64,000 nucleotides of DNA from a phage. Shown here one piece after another: positions 61,357 through 64,000 of the stretch (position 1 is its first letter; the number at the start of each line of letters is the position of its first letter). Position numbers and translations under genes: made by a program. The notes beneath the pieces are model-generated. The model saw only the letters and a list, made by a program, of their open reading frames with translations, had not been told where the DNA came from and did not search any database. The DNA is taken from NCBI GenBank assembly GCA_020279385.1, contig GCA_020279385.1_4762.2. One strand, 5' to 3'.

Positions 61357-63366
61357 TTATGCCTGGTTAGCTGGACCGATAATTTCGTCAAAGTCAGCAC
61401 CAGTTGCAACAGCAGTGAAATTGAGCATGATATAGTTGATCGATTTTGCTGGTTTGATGAACATACTAGCAACAAATTCATTACGATCAATTACATCCGG
61501 CGTGTTGTTCGTGGTGTCGCATTGTACTCGGAAGTCATAAATGCCGCCCAGAGAGCGAATCGTGCTGAGATATTGCGAAACCTCCATACGGAAGGAAGCG
61601 CGAGTAAAGTTATCGTTGTTTTCAAACAGTTTGTATTTGCTTGAATCGCCGATATTCTTTTTCAGCATGTTAAACAGACGACGAACGTTAATTCGGTCAA
61701 ACGGGCTAGGAACAGTCGTAGCGGTTTTATCACCCATCAGGATAAACCCTTCACCACCAGCACCGATCACCGGGTTAATTGCGGCCTGATACAGACGATC
61801 GCGGTGCGCCTTGCGAGGCTCAATTGCCAGTTTAACCACGTTCATGATCTGACCACGGTTATAACCTGCCGGACTCATCCACGGCTGGGATACAGCATCA
61901 GTACGAGCGCACAAACCAGCAATATCAGCAGCCAACGGAACCCAACGGTTTACGTCGTTGTATTTGTCATACTGATATTTGTAGTTACCATCAATAACCG
62001 CGTAAGTGGTATTAATGTTCATGTTGTTTTCATTATAGTTTCCTGAACCTTCGCGCCATGCAATCAGGTTATCAATTGCGGTAGTCACCGGAATATTAAC
62101 AACAGTGCTACGCGGCGGAGAAACCATTACTAAGCAATCCTGACGCTCATCACCGATGGAAACAGCATGTTTCTGTACGGTAGAGAACGCATCGCCTTCG
62201 CCAGCACATGCACCAGCGATCAACAGGTTTACGTGAATAGATTCACGTTCAGCAAACAGATCCCAACCTTGCATCATCGCACCGATGAACGGATCAGCAC
62301 CAACTCCACCAGTCGTTGCTTCGTTAGCAGAAACACCACCAGCAAGAGAGATAATACCACTGAAACCATCTACCCACCCTTGAGCGGTTGCATAGATGTA
62401 CTGGCTAGAACCACGAGCAAAGAAGTCGTCCATGTAGATAGAATTTCCGTATACGTCTTTATCCCCTTTCAGAGTAGACAGTACATAGGATTCTACCACA
62501 ACACCATCGCGACGAACAATAAATGCATATTGATTATCATTCTGCGGTGCATATGGAATCAGGTTGCGTGCTGCGGCACGAGTTCCGCCGAACGGATACA
62601 TAGTTAATTCAGGTGCTACCGCGCCACTGAACGCGCTACGTGCCAGAATTTCAACTTCCAGCGAGTTGCCAATCTCACCAGCATAGATCGCGCTTACCGC
62701 TGGCATATCATACTTCTGGAGTTTAGTCAAGAAAGTCTGATTTGTGATATTGGCGCGGGAAGTTTCCAGATCCGTTAACAGAAGACCGGAATCAGTAACA
62801 ATTTTAGTTACTGACAGCGCCGCACTACCGTTACCTGACGAAGAAGTGAACTCTGCCGTCCAACCGCCATCAAGTTCTGGATATACACCGATTGCTTTAG
62901 CGTGAGCGATAATTTTACCAGTTGGGATAAATACGCCCTTAACTTTACCATCACCATCACCATCAACTTTAGTTACTTTACCAGCCGTTTCAATATCTTG
63001 ACGGTTATGTTTAATCTTGATGGTATCGCCTACTTCATAGTTTGAACCTTCGTTTGTGATTTCAAACTCTACGTTACCAGCTAGGGCAGTTGCGTTTTTT
63101 GCTTTTTCTTTATTGAGTACACGAACAACACGCAGGTCATTGCCATACTGGAGGAAGTTAGCCCCGCTCATGAAATAGTCTGCGGTGTTATTATCCGGCT
63201 GACCAAATTTATTAACTAATTCAACTTCATTAGTTACTTGAACAATCTGGAAAGCTGGACCCCATTGAAATTTACCTACCAGCGCCGCGCGACCAGTCGC
63301 AGATTGCACAATGGTAGTGGAGAGAGTAGTTTCTTTCGTTTCGAAACCCGGTGATAATAGAGTCAT
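61357..63366 (-). CDS. 18: Tail sheath protein gp18
   Basis: 669 aa; MTLLSPG..., GKFQWGPAFQI, YKYQYDKYNDVNRWVPLAADIAGLCARTD, SPFDRINVRRLFNMLK match T4 gp18 as recalled. Confidence 0.96.
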   Translation of the reverse strand: MTLLSPGFETKETTLSTTIVQSATGRAALVGKFQWGPAFQIVQVTNEVELVNKFGQPDNNTADYFMSGANFLQYGNDLRVVRVLNKEKAKNATALAGNVEFEITNEGSNYEVGDTIKIKHNRQDIETAGKVTKVDGDGDGKVKGVFIPTGKIIAHAKAIGVYPELDGGWTAEFTSSSGNGSAALSVTKIVTDSGLLLTDLETSRANITNQTFLTKLQKYDMPAVSAIYAGEIGNSLEVEILARSAFSGAVAPELTMYPFGGTRAAARNLIPYAPQNDNQYAFIVRRDGVVVESYVLSTLKGDKDVYGNSIYMDDFFARGSSQYIYATAQGWVDGFSGIISLAGGVSANEATTGGVGADPFIGAMMQGWDLFAERESIHVNLLIAGACAGEGDAFSTVQKHAVSIGDERQDCLVMVSPPRSTVVNIPVTTAIDNLIAWREGSGNYNENNMNINTTYAVIDGNYKYQYDKYNDVNRWVPLAADIAGLCARTDAVSQPWMSPAGYNRGQIMNVVKLAIEPRKAHRDRLYQAAINPVIGAGGEGFILMGDKTATTVPSPFDRINVRRLFNMLKKNIGDSSKYKLFENNDNFTRASFRMEVSQYLSTIRSLGGIYDFRVQCDTTNNTPDVIDRNEFVASMFIKPAKSINYIMLNFTAVATGADFDEIIGPANQA

Positions 63367-63397
63367 TAGAATTTCCTCATCTTTTTATGCATTATCG

Positions 63398-64000
<603 letters not shown>

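Overview
This window reads as a T4-like (Tevenvirinae/Straboviridae-type) myovirus segment, syntenic with the T4 arc from gene 37 through gene 17. All protein assignments below are from my own reading of the translations, recalled family motifs and T4 gene order; no database search was run. Layout: tail-fibre genes 37(partial)-36-35-34 on the minus strand (1-7239); an early/middle plus-strand block rnh-dsbA-33-59-32-frd-td-nrdA-nrdB-denA-rnlA-spanins-pseT-cd-31-30 (7.3-28.3 kb); a roughly 7 kb hyperplastic accessory region of small ORFs each behind a sigma70-like promoter with a stem-loop in its spacer (PeSL-like, 28.7-35.8 kb); alt plus a second ADP-ribosyltransferase and a lipoprotein (35.9-39.3 kb); baseplate genes 54-48-29-28-27-51 (minus), 26-25-uvsY (plus), uvsW.1-uvsW (minus), inh-like and hoc (plus); then head and tail genes 24-23-22-21-68-67-20-19-18-17(partial) on the minus strand. 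The most interesting accessory content: (i) six diverged paralogues of a small protein sharing an HxHW ... LAVDV motif; (ii) a five-gene translationally coupled operon with a cytosine-C5-methyltransferase-like protein, a zinc-ribbon protein and a DUF262 (ParB/GmrS-like) protein; (iii) a CYTH-like protein between rnh and dsbA; (iv) a protein with four zinc-ribbon repeats and a GIY-YIG-superfamily-like C-terminus between 32 and frd; (v) thymidylate synthase with a roughly 130-residue in-frame insertion; (vi) an SLOG/DprA-like protein at the position T4 uses for rnlB, behind a 400-bp repeat-rich non-coding region. No tRNA, rRNA or CRISPR array was seen.
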